Shown here: in pieces, positions 19,998-30,565 of the stretch | How the letters are laid out: each line of letters begins with the position of its first letter | How positions within the stretch are numbered: position 1 is the stretch's first letter | DNA from: an uncultured candidatus Porisulfidus sp. | GTDB lineage: Bacteria > Pseudomonadota > Gammaproteobacteria > Poriferisulfidales > Poriferisulfidaceae | DNA: 64,000 nt | Reading direction: 5' to 3' | Assembly (NCBI GenBank): GCA_965199755.1 | Contig: CBDASZ010000001.1 | Coordinates: forward strand, 288,001-352,000 | The notes under the pieces: generated by a model | The model's database searches: none | What the model saw: only the letters and a program-made list of their open reading frames with translations | What the model was told of the DNA's origin: nothing | Translations under genes and position numbers: made by a program

Positions 19998-20885
19998 ATG
20001 AGTTCCCCTGATTCACGTCTGTCGCTCGGACTGCTGGCGGTGCTGGCACGTCTGCCACTGAGCGTGTTGCGCCTGATAGGGGGTGTGGCCGGGCTGGTCG
20101 CGGTAGTGCTCAGCCGTCGGCGGCGGCGTATCTGCATGAAGAATTTACGGGCGTGCTACCCGAACCGGAATCATATCTGGCGCTGGTGCATGGCGTGCCG
20201 GAGTCTGATCCATGAGATGTGCACCCTGTTGGAGATGCCTCATCTGTGGCGTTGCTCACTTGAGCAAATCAACGCATTGGTGGTGCGCCAGTCCGGCATG
20301 GAGTTGCTTGAAGCGCAGCGCCAGCGTGGCGCGGGTGTGATTTTCATTACGCCGCACTTCGGCAGTTGGGAGATGAGCGGACTGTACCTGAGCGGACAGA
20401 CGCGACTGTTTTCAATGTATCGCCCCTTGAAGTCGCAAGTGCTTAATCAGTTCGTCAAGCAGGGGCGACAGCAGGTTGGTGCCACGCTGGTGCCGGCTGA
20501 TCGAACCGGGATTCGGGAGTTGATGCAGGCTCTGGATGACGGGCATGCCGTTGGAATACTGCCGGATCATGTGCCGAGACACAAGGGGGAAGGGGTGCTT
20601 GCGCCATTTTTTGGAGTGCCGGCGAGTACTGCCGTGCTGGTTTCGAGTTTGGCGCGACGCAAGGATGTAACGGTGTTGATGGCGCTGTCACAGCGTTGCC
20701 GAGGAGGTTACGCATTCAGCTTGCAGGAAGTGGACCCACGTGTGTATGCGGAGGATCGCGTGGAGGCCGCGACTGGGATCAATGCGACAGTGGAGATGGG
20801 AGTCTCCTGCGATGTGGCGCAGTACTGGTGGAGTTATCCGCGATTCCGCAAGCGGCTCATGGAACCGGAGTCTTTGTATCGGTAG
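19998..20885 (+). CDS. Lipid A acyltransferase (LpxL/HtrB family)
   Basis: HFGSWE, LPDH, APFFG and QYWWSYPRF motifs. Confidence 0.85.
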   Translation: MSSPDSRLSLGLLAVLARLPLSVLRLIGGVAGLVAVVLSRRRRRICMKNLRACYPNRNHIWRWCMACRSLIHEMCTLLEMPHLWRCSLEQINALVVRQSGMELLEAQRQRGAGVIFITPHFGSWEMSGLYLSGQTRLFSMYRPLKSQVLNQFVKQGRQQVGATLVPADRTGIRELMQALDDGHAVGILPDHVPRHKGEGVLAPFFGVPASTAVLVSSLARRKDVTVLMALSQRCRGGYAFSLQEVDPRVYAEDRVEAATGINATVEMGVSCDVAQYWWSYPRFRKRLMEPESLYR

Positions 20886-20982
20886 TTTGCATTGTGTATC
20901 AGGGTAGTGTGGCCGTCGACATTGTTGCGGAGCACTGTGCAGGATACAATTTCATCATCTGGTGTTTAGCGAGGTGATACCT

Positions 20983-21264
20983 ATGTCTGAAAAAATGATC
21001 CCGAAGCCGCTTGCGCGTTCGGGGGACTCCCATTCCAATAAATTGCATATCACCGGGCCTGTGATGGCGGTTGATGTTCGCGCCACGTGCTTCCGACTCT
21101 GGGAAGATGATGAGGCCAGCGTGTGGGTTGAGTTTTCAGAAGGGCAAGAATCAGATGTCATCAGAGAAATTTTCAGTACGGTGCCTGATAAGGAATTGGA
21201 TAAATTGCCGACAGATTTGTCATATCAACTTGATCACTATCTTTATGGAGCGGACAAGCGGTGA
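20983..21264 (+). CDS. Putative antitoxin preceding a PIN toxin remnant
   Basis: C-terminal LPTDLSYQLDHYLYG motif seen in PIN-associated antitoxins; GAGGTG RBS; GTGA overlap with the toxin fragment. Confidence 0.6.
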   Translation: MSEKMIPKPLARSGDSHSNKLHITGPVMAVDVRATCFRLWEDDEASVWVEFSEGQESDVIREIFSTVPDKELDKLPTDLSYQLDHYLYGADKR

Positions 21265-21377
21265 AGACTGTTTTTGCTGATGCTTCGCATTGGGTTGCCA
21301 CCGCCAACCCTAATGATCAATGGCATAAGACATTGCTTAATGACAGATACATATTGGAATCGTACAGTCCACTGTGA
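21261..21377 (+). pseudogene. Truncated PIN/VapC toxin
   Basis: Manual translation (V)KTVFADASHWVATANPNDQWHK... is a typical VapC N-terminus, but the frame stops after 38 codons. Confidence 0.65.
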
Positions 21378-21450
21378 TGCACTTGAACCACATAAATTTC
21401 TTGTTACCACTTTGCAGGGTGCCAGTAGGGGAATCCCCATCTTGGTGACA

Positions 21451-21482
21451 AAGCACCCGTGAATACAAGGGTGCTTACTTTT
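21451..21482. terminator. Hairpin between convergent genes
   Basis: AAGCACCC-N10-GGGTGCTT followed by ACTTTT. Confidence 0.45.
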
Positions 21483-22005
21483 ATGAGGCGCTATCCGCCG
21501 CTTCATGCTCTTCAACCTCGTCGTCATCTTCCTCCTCCTGCAGCCTGCGTTTAATGTCCTGGATTCTTTCATTGAAGAGTTGCATGGTGGCGCGAAAACT
21601 GATCTCGGCTTCCTCGAAGTTGTCTGTTTCTATGGTGTCCCAATCCATCCCTGAGCGGCGTTCGCGCTCGTCTTTCATCTCGCGCATAAGGCGCAGGTAT
21701 TTACTCATGTCATCTTCCAGGCGCGTCAGCAGTTCAATGTCCACCTCATCGCCGATGGTCTGACCATCGTCGTCCTTGCACTGCACGACTTCCACCAGCG
21801 ACTTCGCAGACTGCACCAGATCTTCGGCATCATGGATTATCTGCACGCGCCGTGCTTGTTCCTCAACCCAGTCCTGCTGTTCGTCCTTGGCGACCATTCG
21901 CTCCCAGGATGCTTCAAACCCTGAAAATACAGCCTTAATCAGCCAGTGCACAATAAAAAAAGACAGGATCCAGATACCGATCCAAAACAGAATTACAACA
22001 TCCAT
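21481..22005 (-). CDS. Hypothetical membrane-anchored acidic helical protein
   Basis: N-terminal TM helix and E/D-rich coiled-coil-like body; GAGGAG RBS. Confidence 0.6.
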   Translation of the reverse strand: MDVVILFWIGIWILSFFIVHWLIKAVFSGFEASWERMVAKDEQQDWVEEQARRVQIIHDAEDLVQSAKSLVEVVQCKDDDGQTIGDEVDIELLTRLEDDMSKYLRLMREMKDERERRSGMDWDTIETDNFEEAEISFRATMQLFNERIQDIKRRLQEEEDDDEVEEHEAADSAS

Positions 22006-22215
22006 AATTGCTCCTCAAATGGCCCAAATCCCACGGCCGCACCCACACACTGTCGCATTGCTTTGATGCCTTTAATAATACCACTTCACTGATGCGTCGT
22101 TGCGAGCACACAGCATCCCGTACAATGCCAATGAGAGCATTTCGACCCTGATGTTGCGCCTGCGTGTCCCGATCATGTCACCGGTTCTGCCGTAACGCCA
22201 CCCGGAAACTTTCCC

Positions 22216-24165
22216 ATGTCTGCTCCTGAGCGTGTGTTTCCGGTCTTGCCCGAGACAGCGTGCGCCGCACTGATCAATGAAGAGCGGTATGGCGAACTGT
22301 ACCGCCATTCGATTGAAAACCCGGAAGCGTTCTGGCGCGAGCAGGGACGCTGTCTGGACTGGAGCCGTCCGTACACGCAGGTTCGGGATGTATCCTGGGA
22401 TGCCTCAGATTTGCACATTCGCTGGTTTCATGACGGGCGGCTGAATGCCTGTTACAACTGCATTGACCGGCACCTTGGTGATCGCGGTGATCAGATCGCC
22501 ATTTTGTGGGAGGGGGATGAGCCGGATCAGCAGCGCTCCCTCACATATCGCGAACTGCATGAGCAGACTTGCCGTTTCGCCAATGCGCTGAAGAAGGCGG
22601 GCGTGGCCAAGGGGGACCGAGTCACGATTTACATGCCGATGATTCCTGAGGCGGCCATTGCGATGTTGGCTTGCGCACGCATCGGCGCGATTCACTCGGT
22701 GGTGTTCGGCGGCTTCTCGCCGGAGGCGCTGGCGGGGCGCATTCAGGATGCCGACAGCACCTTGCTGATTACGGCGGATGAAGGTGTGCGCGGCGGGCGC
22801 AAGGTGCCTCTGAAAGCGAATGCGGATGCCGCGCTTGAGGCCTGTCCCGGAGTTCGCCACGTTGTGGTGGCGCGCAACACAGGTGGTGACATTGACTGGC
22901 GCGAAGGCCGTGATCTGTGGTGCCATGAACTGATGGCGGAGGTTTCAGCGGACTGTCCGGTGGAGGAAATGGATGCCGAGGATCCGTTGTTTATTCTGTA
23001 TACCTCTGGCTCGACCGGCAAGCCCAAGGGGGTGCTGCACACTACGGGTGGCTATCTGGTTTATGCGTCATTGACCCACCGTTATGTCTTTGACTATCAC
23101 GATCGGGAAATCTACTGGTGCACGGCGGATGTGGGCTGGGTGACCGGACACAGTTACATTGTGTACGGCCCGCTCGCCAACGGTGCCACCACACTGATGT
23201 TCGAGGGAGTGCCGAATTACCCGGACGCGGGACGTTTCTGGCAGATCTGCGACAAGCATCAGGTTGAATTGTTTTACACCGCGCCGACCGCCATTCGGGC
23301 CTTGATGCGCGAGGGCGAGGAACCTGTGCGGCGCAGTTCGCGCCAGTCATTGCGTGTTTTGGGGACGGTGGGAGAGCCGATCAATCCCGAGGCCTGGATG
23401 TTCTACCATCAGGTCATCGGCGACGGGCGCTGTCCGGTTGTGGATACGTGGTGGCAAACCGAAACCGGCGGCATGATGATCACGCCGCTGCCGGGCGCGA
23501 CGCCTCTGAAACCGGGCTCGGCGACTCGCCCGTTCTTCGGGATTCGTCCGATGCTGGTGGATGACGAGGGCCAGGAACTTGAAGGTGCCGCGGCGGGCAA
23601 TCTGTGCATCGCCGACAGTTGGCCGGGACAGATGCGCACGGTGTACGGCAGTCACGAACGCTTTGTGGACACGTACTTCCGCACCTATCCGGGGCGTTAT
23701 TTCACCGGCGACGGTGCGCGGCGGGACGCGGACGGATACTACTGGATCACCGGACGGGTCGATGATGTTTTGATGGTGTCTGCGCATCGCATGGGCACGG
23801 CGGAAGTGGAATCAGCGCTGGTGGCGCACGCGCAGGTGGCGGAAGCGGCTGTGGTGGGTTTTCCGCACAGCATCAAGGGTCAGGGAATCTACGTGTATGT
23901 CACTTTGCTCGCAGGGGTGGAGCCGACCGAGGATCTGCGCGAGGAATTGCGCCAGTGGGTGCGCGATGCCATCGGCCCGATCGCCACGCCAGATGTGATC
24001 CAGTGGGCCCCGGGGTTGCCGAAGACCCGTTCCGGCAAGATCATGCGGCGCATTCTGCGCAAAATTGCGACTGGCGAGTACGCGGACTTGGGCGACACCT
24101 CGACGTTGGCGGACCCGGCCGTGGTGGAAGAACTGATCGCCAACCGTGTGAGCCCGGAGGAGTAA
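22216..24165 (+). CDS. acs: Acetyl-CoA synthetase
   Basis: [22 protein letters not shown] and [12 protein letters not shown] motifs. Confidence 0.97.
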   Translation: MSAPERVFPVLPETACAALINEERYGELYRHSIENPEAFWREQGRCLDWSRPYTQVRDVSWDASDLHIRWFHDGRLNACYNCIDRHLGDRGDQIAILWEGDEPDQQRSLTYRELHEQTCRFANALKKAGVAKGDRVTIYMPMIPEAAIAMLACARIGAIHSVVFGGFSPEALAGRIQDADSTLLITADEGVRGGRKVPLKANADAALEACPGVRHVVVARNTGGDIDWREGRDLWCHELMAEVSADCPVEEMDAEDPLFILYTSGSTGKPKGVLHTTGGYLVYASLTHRYVFDYHDREIYWCTADVGWVTGHSYIVYGPLANGATTLMFEGVPNYPDAGRFWQICDKHQVELFYTAPTAIRALMREGEEPVRRSSRQSLRVLGTVGEPINPEAWMFYHQVIGDGRCPVVDTWWQTETGGMMITPLPGATPLKPGSATRPFFGIRPMLVDDEGQELEGAAAGNLCIADSWPGQMRTVYGSHERFVDTYFRTYPGRYFTGDGARRDADGYYWITGRVDDVLMVSAHRMGTAEVESALVAHAQVAEAAVVGFPHSIKGQGIYVYVTLLAGVEPTEDLREELRQWVRDAIGPIATPDVIQWAPGLPKTRSGKIMRRILRKIATGEYADLGDTSTLADPAVVEELIANRVSPEE

Positions 24166-24172
24166 GGGTCTG

Positions 24173-25210
24173 ATGCGCGCTTCTACCGCTTTGTGTGAAC
24201 GGGTGCAGGCGAATTGCGACATCGCGGATGCGCGCCACGCCGGTTCGCTGACGATGTGCGTGTATTTGATGAAGATGCGCGAGTATTTCCGCTGGGAGAT
24301 GGGGCTGGATTTTGGTGCCAGTCTGCCGGGCGACGCGGTGGGCAAATGGATTCAGGAACGCGAGCGGCACTGGGAGGCTCTGGAAGACGAGACCTATCAG
24401 CCCTTGCGCATTCAGGGTCGGGACTACGATCCGTTCGATGCGGAGGGCATTAACCGGGCCTTGCTGCATGACGGTTATGTGTACAGCGCGGGTCTGGGTG
24501 CGCACGGGGTGCCGCATTTCTTTCTGGCGCGTTTAGAAGAGCGGCAGGAACGGGATCACTGTCAGATTTATGAAGCGCGCGAGGAATGCGCGCGGGATCT
24601 GACTGCGCCGCCAGCGATGAGTCTGGGTCGGACGATTTTCGTGCGCCGTGAATCCTTGCGCCGCATGCTGTGGGAGCGCCTGCAGGAATGGCGCTGGGAC
24701 CGGCGCGAAGGTGCCTTGGGTGAGGCGCTGGCGTGCTACCCCTTTGATGAGGATCTGGAAGGCGCGCTGGAGGCGATGACGCAGCGCGAGGCGCGCACTG
24801 CGGTGCTGCATGAGCTCGGCGAAATTGAAGTGGGTCGTGAACTGGGCGAGGACTGGCATGAGTTGCTGCATGCCTTGCCGCGCGGGCCGGTGGAATTGGG
24901 TCTGCGCGCGATGCGCGATCACTGGGCTGATTGTCAGTTCACGTTGCCGGCGCTTCTGGAAGCCGGAGATCGTCAGGCGCTGCTGTTCTATCGCGCCAGC
25001 CTGACGGCGATGCGGCGGCAGTTGTTTCCGGCGCTGGACACGGCCTTTGCGCAATGGCGCAAGAGTGATGATGTGCGCGTGCTGCAGGACACCCTCGCCC
25101 GCGGGCGGGAGCACTGGCGCGTGGCGGTGCCGCGACTGATGCGTCTGGGTTTGCAGAGTGCGGATACGGTCGCGACACTGACCCGGGAGATTGAGGTCGA
25201 GACCTTGTGA
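24173..25210 (+). CDS. Conserved hypothetical protein (Sfum_1244-like family)
   Basis: VQANCDIADA...YLMKMREYFRWE and LHELGE pattern. Confidence 0.65.
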   Translation: MRASTALCERVQANCDIADARHAGSLTMCVYLMKMREYFRWEMGLDFGASLPGDAVGKWIQERERHWEALEDETYQPLRIQGRDYDPFDAEGINRALLHDGYVYSAGLGAHGVPHFFLARLEERQERDHCQIYEAREECARDLTAPPAMSLGRTIFVRRESLRRMLWERLQEWRWDRREGALGEALACYPFDEDLEGALEAMTQREARTAVLHELGEIEVGRELGEDWHELLHALPRGPVELGLRAMRDHWADCQFTLPALLEAGDRQALLFYRASLTAMRRQLFPALDTAFAQWRKSDDVRVLQDTLARGREHWRVAVPRLMRLGLQSADTVATLTREIEVETL

Positions 25211-25803
25211 GCGAGGAATCCGGCGTGCTGCAGGAGTTGGCGGCAGGCAGTTTCATTTGGCAGCGCGAAGGCGCGTTGTCACCTGAGCAGTGTGAGTCTT
25301 TAATCGCGCGTTTTGAGGTGCACCCGGACAAGGTGGCAGGCCGCGCCGGTGCCGAGACGCGGCACCAGCCCGAACTCAAGCGTTCCACCGATCTGGTGCT
25401 GCATGGCGATGAGTGGGAGGACGCTGACCAGTGGTTGTTTGCGTCTCTGTCTGGCGCGATGCGGGAATTACGCCAGAGTTATCCGTATTTTCGCGGGCGG
25501 TTCAAGGACCAGGGCTATGCGATCCAGCGCACTGAGCCCGGTGAGTACTATCACTGGCACGTGGATGCCGACAGCACGGCGTTGGCGTCACGACAACTGG
25601 TCGCGATTTGGTATCTCAACGATGTGCCGGCTCCCGGCGGGGAGACGGAGTTTCTGCATCAGGGTGTCGCGGTGTCGCCGCGGGCGGGGCGTTTGATCCT
25701 GTTTCCGCCGTTCTGGACGCATCAGCATCGCGGGGTGACGGTGCGCGACGGGGTCAAGTACATCGCCACGACTTGGATTGTGTTTGCTGATTCGGAGAGA
25801 TAA
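25207..25803 (+). CDS. 2OG-Fe(II) oxygenase
   Basis: WHVD...YLND...GGETEF...FPPFWTHQHRG...KY motifs. Confidence 0.85.
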   Translation: MSEESGVLQELAAGSFIWQREGALSPEQCESLIARFEVHPDKVAGRAGAETRHQPELKRSTDLVLHGDEWEDADQWLFASLSGAMRELRQSYPYFRGRFKDQGYAIQRTEPGEYYHWHVDADSTALASRQLVAIWYLNDVPAPGGETEFLHQGVAVSPRAGRLILFPPFWTHQHRGVTVRDGVKYIATTWIVFADSER

Positions 25804-25848
25804 TCCGCTATATTTATAGGAGAGAAATAAACACCTTTGCCTCACGCC

Positions 25849-26826
25849 ATGTCTGCCGTATCATTTGACTCTGTCCGTGACCAGGTAGTGGTGGTGGGTA
25901 AACGATCTCTGACATGGTTCGCGGCGCTGTGGGCGCGGCTGTATGCCAGCAGCGAACGGAGCTGTGACTGGGCCAGTGAGCGTCTGGTGAGATGGCTGGC
26001 TCGGGAGAGCCGCAAGCCCGGTGCGCACTCGCCAATTAATTTCGAACATCTTCAGAAAGAGGCGCGCATGGGCGATGTGCTGCTGGTCGAAGGGCGCACG
26101 CAGGTGTCGCGCGCGGTGCGCGCTATCACGCACAGCATCTGGACGCATTCGGCGCTGGTGATTGGCACGCTGGATGAGTTGCGCGACCCGGCCCTGCGCG
26201 CGATCGCGCGAGGCTATCTGAATGAGGATGAATTGAAAGCGCCACTGGTGGTGGAATCCGAACTCGGCCGCGGCACCGTGGTCTCCTCAATCCTGCGCTA
26301 TCGCGATGCCCATTTGCGTCTGTGTCGGCCGATTGGCTTGATGGAGCATGACGCCCGTCGCGTCGCCACCTTCGCCATGTTGCATGTGGGGACGGAATAC
26401 GATGTGCGACATATTCTGGATCTGGCCCGCTTTCTGGTACCGTGGTGGTGGATTATTCCGCGGCGTTGGCATTCCTCCTTGTTTGAGCACAACCATCAGG
26501 ATCCGACCCGGCAGATCTGTTCGACCATGATCGCGCGCGCGTTCAGTCGGGTGCGCTTTCCGGTGTGCGCGCTGATTGTCGAGCGCGAGGGCAAACTGAG
26601 TCTGCTGAGGCGCAATTCCCGATTGGTCACACCGAGCGAATTCGACCAGTCACCGTACTTCGCGGTGATCAAGTACCCGTTGATGGGTGACGATGATCTG
26701 GGTTTCTACCGGACACTGCCGTGGTCGGATGAAGGCCCGGTGGTGGAGCAGTTGGAAGAGTATCTGGATGACTTGCAGGTTCGGCGCGTGCGGTTGGAAG
26801 ACACGGTGCAGGACGGGGCGGGATGA
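25849..26826 (+). CDS. Permuted papain-like NlpC/P60 (YiiX/YebB-like) protein
   Basis: GDVLLVEG...WTHSAL...YD...ICSTMIA: His before Cys, the permuted order. Confidence 0.75.
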   Translation: MSAVSFDSVRDQVVVVGKRSLTWFAALWARLYASSERSCDWASERLVRWLARESRKPGAHSPINFEHLQKEARMGDVLLVEGRTQVSRAVRAITHSIWTHSALVIGTLDELRDPALRAIARGYLNEDELKAPLVVESELGRGTVVSSILRYRDAHLRLCRPIGLMEHDARRVATFAMLHVGTEYDVRHILDLARFLVPWWWIIPRRWHSSLFEHNHQDPTRQICSTMIARAFSRVRFPVCALIVEREGKLSLLRRNSRLVTPSEFDQSPYFAVIKYPLMGDDDLGFYRTLPWSDEGPVVEQLEEYLDDLQVRRVRLEDTVQDGAG

Positions 26827-29276
26827 TGGATATGCTGTCGGGTCTGCTGGCGCAAGTGTTCTTCCTGGTCTTGCTGCTGGGCGGCTGGGTGGTGATTACG
26901 CTCCACGCCGAGACTCCGCGGATCTGGCTGCTGAGTTCCGCGCTGGCGCTGCTGCTGTGGATGATTACCTCAGGGGCGTCGGGGCTGTGGTGGCTGTTGG
27001 TGCTGTTGTTATGGGCGGCACCGGTGTTGTTGTGGGGCGTGCCGGAGTTGCGCCAGAGTCTGATTACGCAACCGCTGTGGCGGCACATGCGCAAGGCTTT
27101 ACCGCCGTTATCCGAGACCGAGCGCGAGGCGCTGGAGGCTGGGCAGGAAGGCTGGGAGGCGGCGTTGTTCGCAGGCTCCGCGCCGTGGTCGAGTTTGTTG
27201 CGCGGTGAGGATGCGCCGCTGGATGCGCGAGAACAGGAATTTCTGGATGGTCCGGTCGCGCAGTTGTGCGCGATGCTGGATGACTGGCGAATTTCAACGC
27301 AGGATTTGGATCTTCCGCCTGCGGTGTGGGCGAAGTTGCGTGAGGATCGCTTCTTCGGCATGGTGATTCCGCAGCGCTACGACGGTCTGGAGTTCTCCGC
27401 GCGGGCGCATTCCGAAGTGGTCATGAAGATTGCCGCGCGCAGTGTGACGGCGGCGGTCACGGTGATGGTGCCGAACTCGCTGGGTCCGGGCAAGTTGTTA
27501 TTGCGCTATGGCACGGATGCGCAGAAAGAACGTTATCTGTCGGCGCTCGCGTGCGGCGAGCAGACGCCGTGTTTCGGTTTGACTGGCCCACGTGCGGGTT
27601 CGGACGCCGCGTCCTTGCGTGATATCGGCGTCGTGTGCATGCAAGAGGTTGATGGCGAGGAAGTACTGGGCATTCGTCTGAACTGGGAGAAGCGCTACAT
27701 CACGCTGGCACCAGTGGCGACCTTGATCGGATTGGCGTTTCGTCTGTACGACCCGGACGGCCTGCTGGGTGAGGAGCGGGATCTGGGCATTACGCTGGCG
27801 CTGGTGCCGGCGGATACGCCGGGAGTGGAGATTGGACGGCGGCATTTGCCGATGCAGGTGCCGTTTATGAATGGGCCGATTGTTGGACGCGACGTGTTCG
27901 TGCCTTTGGAGCAAGTGATTGGTGAGCGTGAGGGCGTAGGGCGCGGTTGGGAGATGTTGATGGCATGTCTCGGTGAAGGTCGCGCGATTTCGCTGCCGGC
28001 GCTGTCGGTGGCGGCGGCCAAGCATGCGGTGCGGCAAACCGGTGCGTACGCCGCGGTGCGTCGCCAGTTCTCCTTGCCGCTGGCGCGTTTCGAGGGGGTG
28101 CAGGAAGCGCTGGCGCGGATTGCTGGAAATGCTTATTTAATGGATGCGGTGCGTGTGGAAATAGCGCGGCTGGAGCAGCGTGAGGAATGCTCTTCGGTGG
28201 CGTCCGCCATTGCCAAGCAGCAGTTGACGGAACGTATGCGACAAGTGGTCAATGACAGTATGGATGTGCATGCTGGCGCGGGCATTTGTTCAGGGCCGCG
28301 CAATCCGGTGTCGCGACTGTATCAGGCCGCCCCGATTGCGATCACGGTGGAAGGCGCGAATATTCTGACGCGCAACATGATTATTTTCGGACAGGGCCTG
28401 ATGCGCTGTCATCCGCATCTGCTCGATGAGATGCGCTGCCTGCAGGCAGAGGATGCGGAACTTGCGGTGCAGGAGTTTGACGCTTTGCTATGTCGTCATG
28501 CGGGAGGCACGGTGCGCAATCTGTGCCGCTTGCTGGCGCTGAACTGGAGTGGGGCGCGCTATCCCGACTCCGGCGTGCCGGGACCGTTCCGGGCGCTGGC
28601 GCGACAAAGTATGTGCTTCGCCTGGGTGGTGGATGTCATGCTGCTGCGTTACGGCGGTTCACTCAAGCGGCGCGAACGGCTGTCGGCGCGACTGGCGGAC
28701 ATGCTCTCAGCGTTGTATCTGGCAGTGTGCGTGATGCGGCGTCATACGGCATTGGGAGAGCCGAAAGAAGACCTCCCCTTGCGTGACTGGGCACTTAAGG
28801 AATGCCAGCGCGACTTTGAGGGCGCGCTCACTGATCTGATCGACAATCTGGAGGACTGCGCCTTGCGGGTGGCGTTGCGACTCACCCGAATGCACATCGG
28901 TGGCGGCGCGGCGTCTTCGGCGGATGCGCTGGATTCGAAGGTGGCGGCGCTGATGGCGGCACCAGGGCCAGCGCGTGAGCGCCTGTGCGCGGGTCTTCCT
29001 GATCTGGCGGAGGGGACGTTGGGTGCCAAACTGGAGCAGGCGTTCGCGGCGGAAGTGGAGTTGGAACCCGTGCGTCGGGCTTTGCGCGAGGCGATGCGTT
29101 CTGGCGCGGTGCGGGAGGATGAGACCTTGAGCGAATTGCAGCAGGCGGTGAAGTGCGGCGCGGTGACTGCTGATCAGGCGGAGCAGTTGCGGGAAGTGGA
29201 AGAATGGCTGGATGATATTCTCGCGGTGGATGCGTTTGAGCCGGGTGAGTTGTCGCGCGAGCGTGCGGATTCATGA
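26823..29276 (+). CDS. fadE: Acyl-CoA dehydrogenase FadE
   Basis: VMVPNSLGP, WEKRYITLAP and ITVEGANILTR motifs. Confidence 0.92.
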   Translation: MMDMLSGLLAQVFFLVLLLGGWVVITLHAETPRIWLLSSALALLLWMITSGASGLWWLLVLLLWAAPVLLWGVPELRQSLITQPLWRHMRKALPPLSETEREALEAGQEGWEAALFAGSAPWSSLLRGEDAPLDAREQEFLDGPVAQLCAMLDDWRISTQDLDLPPAVWAKLREDRFFGMVIPQRYDGLEFSARAHSEVVMKIAARSVTAAVTVMVPNSLGPGKLLLRYGTDAQKERYLSALACGEQTPCFGLTGPRAGSDAASLRDIGVVCMQEVDGEEVLGIRLNWEKRYITLAPVATLIGLAFRLYDPDGLLGEERDLGITLALVPADTPGVEIGRRHLPMQVPFMNGPIVGRDVFVPLEQVIGEREGVGRGWEMLMACLGEGRAISLPALSVAAAKHAVRQTGAYAAVRRQFSLPLARFEGVQEALARIAGNAYLMDAVRVEIARLEQREECSSVASAIAKQQLTERMRQVVNDSMDVHAGAGICSGPRNPVSRLYQAAPIAITVEGANILTRNMIIFGQGLMRCHPHLLDEMRCLQAEDAELAVQEFDALLCRHAGGTVRNLCRLLALNWSGARYPDSGVPGPFRALARQSMCFAWVVDVMLLRYGGSLKRRERLSARLADMLSALYLAVCVMRRHTALGEPKEDLPLRDWALKECQRDFEGALTDLIDNLEDCALRVALRLTRMHIGGGAASSADALDSKVAALMAAPGPARERLCAGLPDLAEGTLGAKLEQAFAAEVELEPVRRALREAMRSGAVREDETLSELQQAVKCGAVTADQAEQLREVEEWLDDILAVDAFEPGELSRERADS

Positions 29277-30565
29277 GTGATGCGTGCACAGTCTATGTAG
29301 TCGATGGTCGGCGTACGCCGATCCTGAAAGCGCGCGGGGTTCCCGGACCGTTTAAGGCCAGCGATCTGGCGGTGTCTTGCGCGCGCGACTTGCTGTTGCG
29401 CTATGCCCACATTCGCGGCGACATTGATGAGAGCATCTGGGGCTGCGTGATGCCGGCTGCGGACGAGACCAATATTGCGCGCGTGATCAGTTTGCGCCTT
29501 GGGATAGACGCGAGTGTGCCTGCGCACACAGTGCAGCGCAACTGTGCTTCCGGCTTACAGGCGCTGGATGCGGCCGCGCAACAGATAAGACATGGGTATG
29601 CGGATCTGGTGCTGGCGGGCGGCACCGAGTCGATGAGTCATTTCCCGTTGCTGGCGCGACCGCAATATGCGCGGTGGCTTGCCGCACTGTATCGGGCGCG
29701 AGGCCCGTGGGCATGGCTTGGGGCCGCACGGCGATTTCGACTCTCCATGCTGAAACCGATCATTGGATTGCAACAGGGGCTGTGTGATCCGGTGGTTGGA
29801 TTGAACATGGGCGAGACGGCGGAAGAAATCGCGCATCTGCTGCAGATTCCTCGCGCGGCCATGGATCAGTTCGCGCTGGAGAGTCACGAACTCGCGGCGC
29901 GCGCCCAGCAAACCGGAATATTTGAAGACGAGATCGCGCCGCTGTACGACACGCGCGGCAAGGCATACGTGCACGATGACGGCGTGCGGGTGGATACGTC
30001 ACTGGCGCAACTTGAGCAGCTCAAGCCGGTGTTTGATCGGGTCTCCGGCGCGGTGACGGCGGGCAACAGCGCGCAGATCAGTGATGGCGCGGCGGCCTTG
30101 CTGTTGGCGTCTCGGGACGCGGTCGAGCGTCATCGTCTGCCGACTCTGGGCATGCTGCATCAGGTTCGTTGGGCCGGACTGGAGCCGCGCATCATGGGCT
30201 TGGGGCCGGTGCATGCGATGCGCGATCTGCTGGAGGACGCCGAACTCAAGGTGGCGGACATTGACTGCTTCGAAATCAATGAGGCGTTCGCCGCGCAAGT
30301 GCTGGGCTGTCTGGAAGCCTGGCGCAGCGAGTGGTATCAGAGCGAACAGTTGGGTCGGGATGACTGCATGGAGCCGATCGAGAAAGACCGCCTGAATCCG
30401 CATGGCGGCAGCATCGCGGTGGGTCATCCGGTAGGTATGTCCGGCGCGCGCATTGTGCTGCATCTGCTGAAGCACCTCAAGCGCATGGGCGGGCGTTACG
30501 GGGTGGCTAGTTTGTGCATTGGCGGCGGTCAGGGTGGGGCCGCGCTGCTGGAGCGTGCGTCATGA
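29273..30565 (+). CDS. 3-ketoacyl-CoA thiolase (FadI-like)
   Basis: NCASG, NEAFAAQ, GHPVGMSG and LCIGGGQG motifs. Confidence 0.9.
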   Translation: MSDACTVYVVDGRRTPILKARGVPGPFKASDLAVSCARDLLLRYAHIRGDIDESIWGCVMPAADETNIARVISLRLGIDASVPAHTVQRNCASGLQALDAAAQQIRHGYADLVLAGGTESMSHFPLLARPQYARWLAALYRARGPWAWLGAARRFRLSMLKPIIGLQQGLCDPVVGLNMGETAEEIAHLLQIPRAAMDQFALESHELAARAQQTGIFEDEIAPLYDTRGKAYVHDDGVRVDTSLAQLEQLKPVFDRVSGAVTAGNSAQISDGAAALLLASRDAVERHRLPTLGMLHQVRWAGLEPRIMGLGPVHAMRDLLEDAELKVADIDCFEINEAFAAQVLGCLEAWRSEWYQSEQLGRDDCMEPIEKDRLNPHGGSIAVGHPVGMSGARIVLHLLKHLKRMGGRYGVASLCIGGGQGGAALLERAS

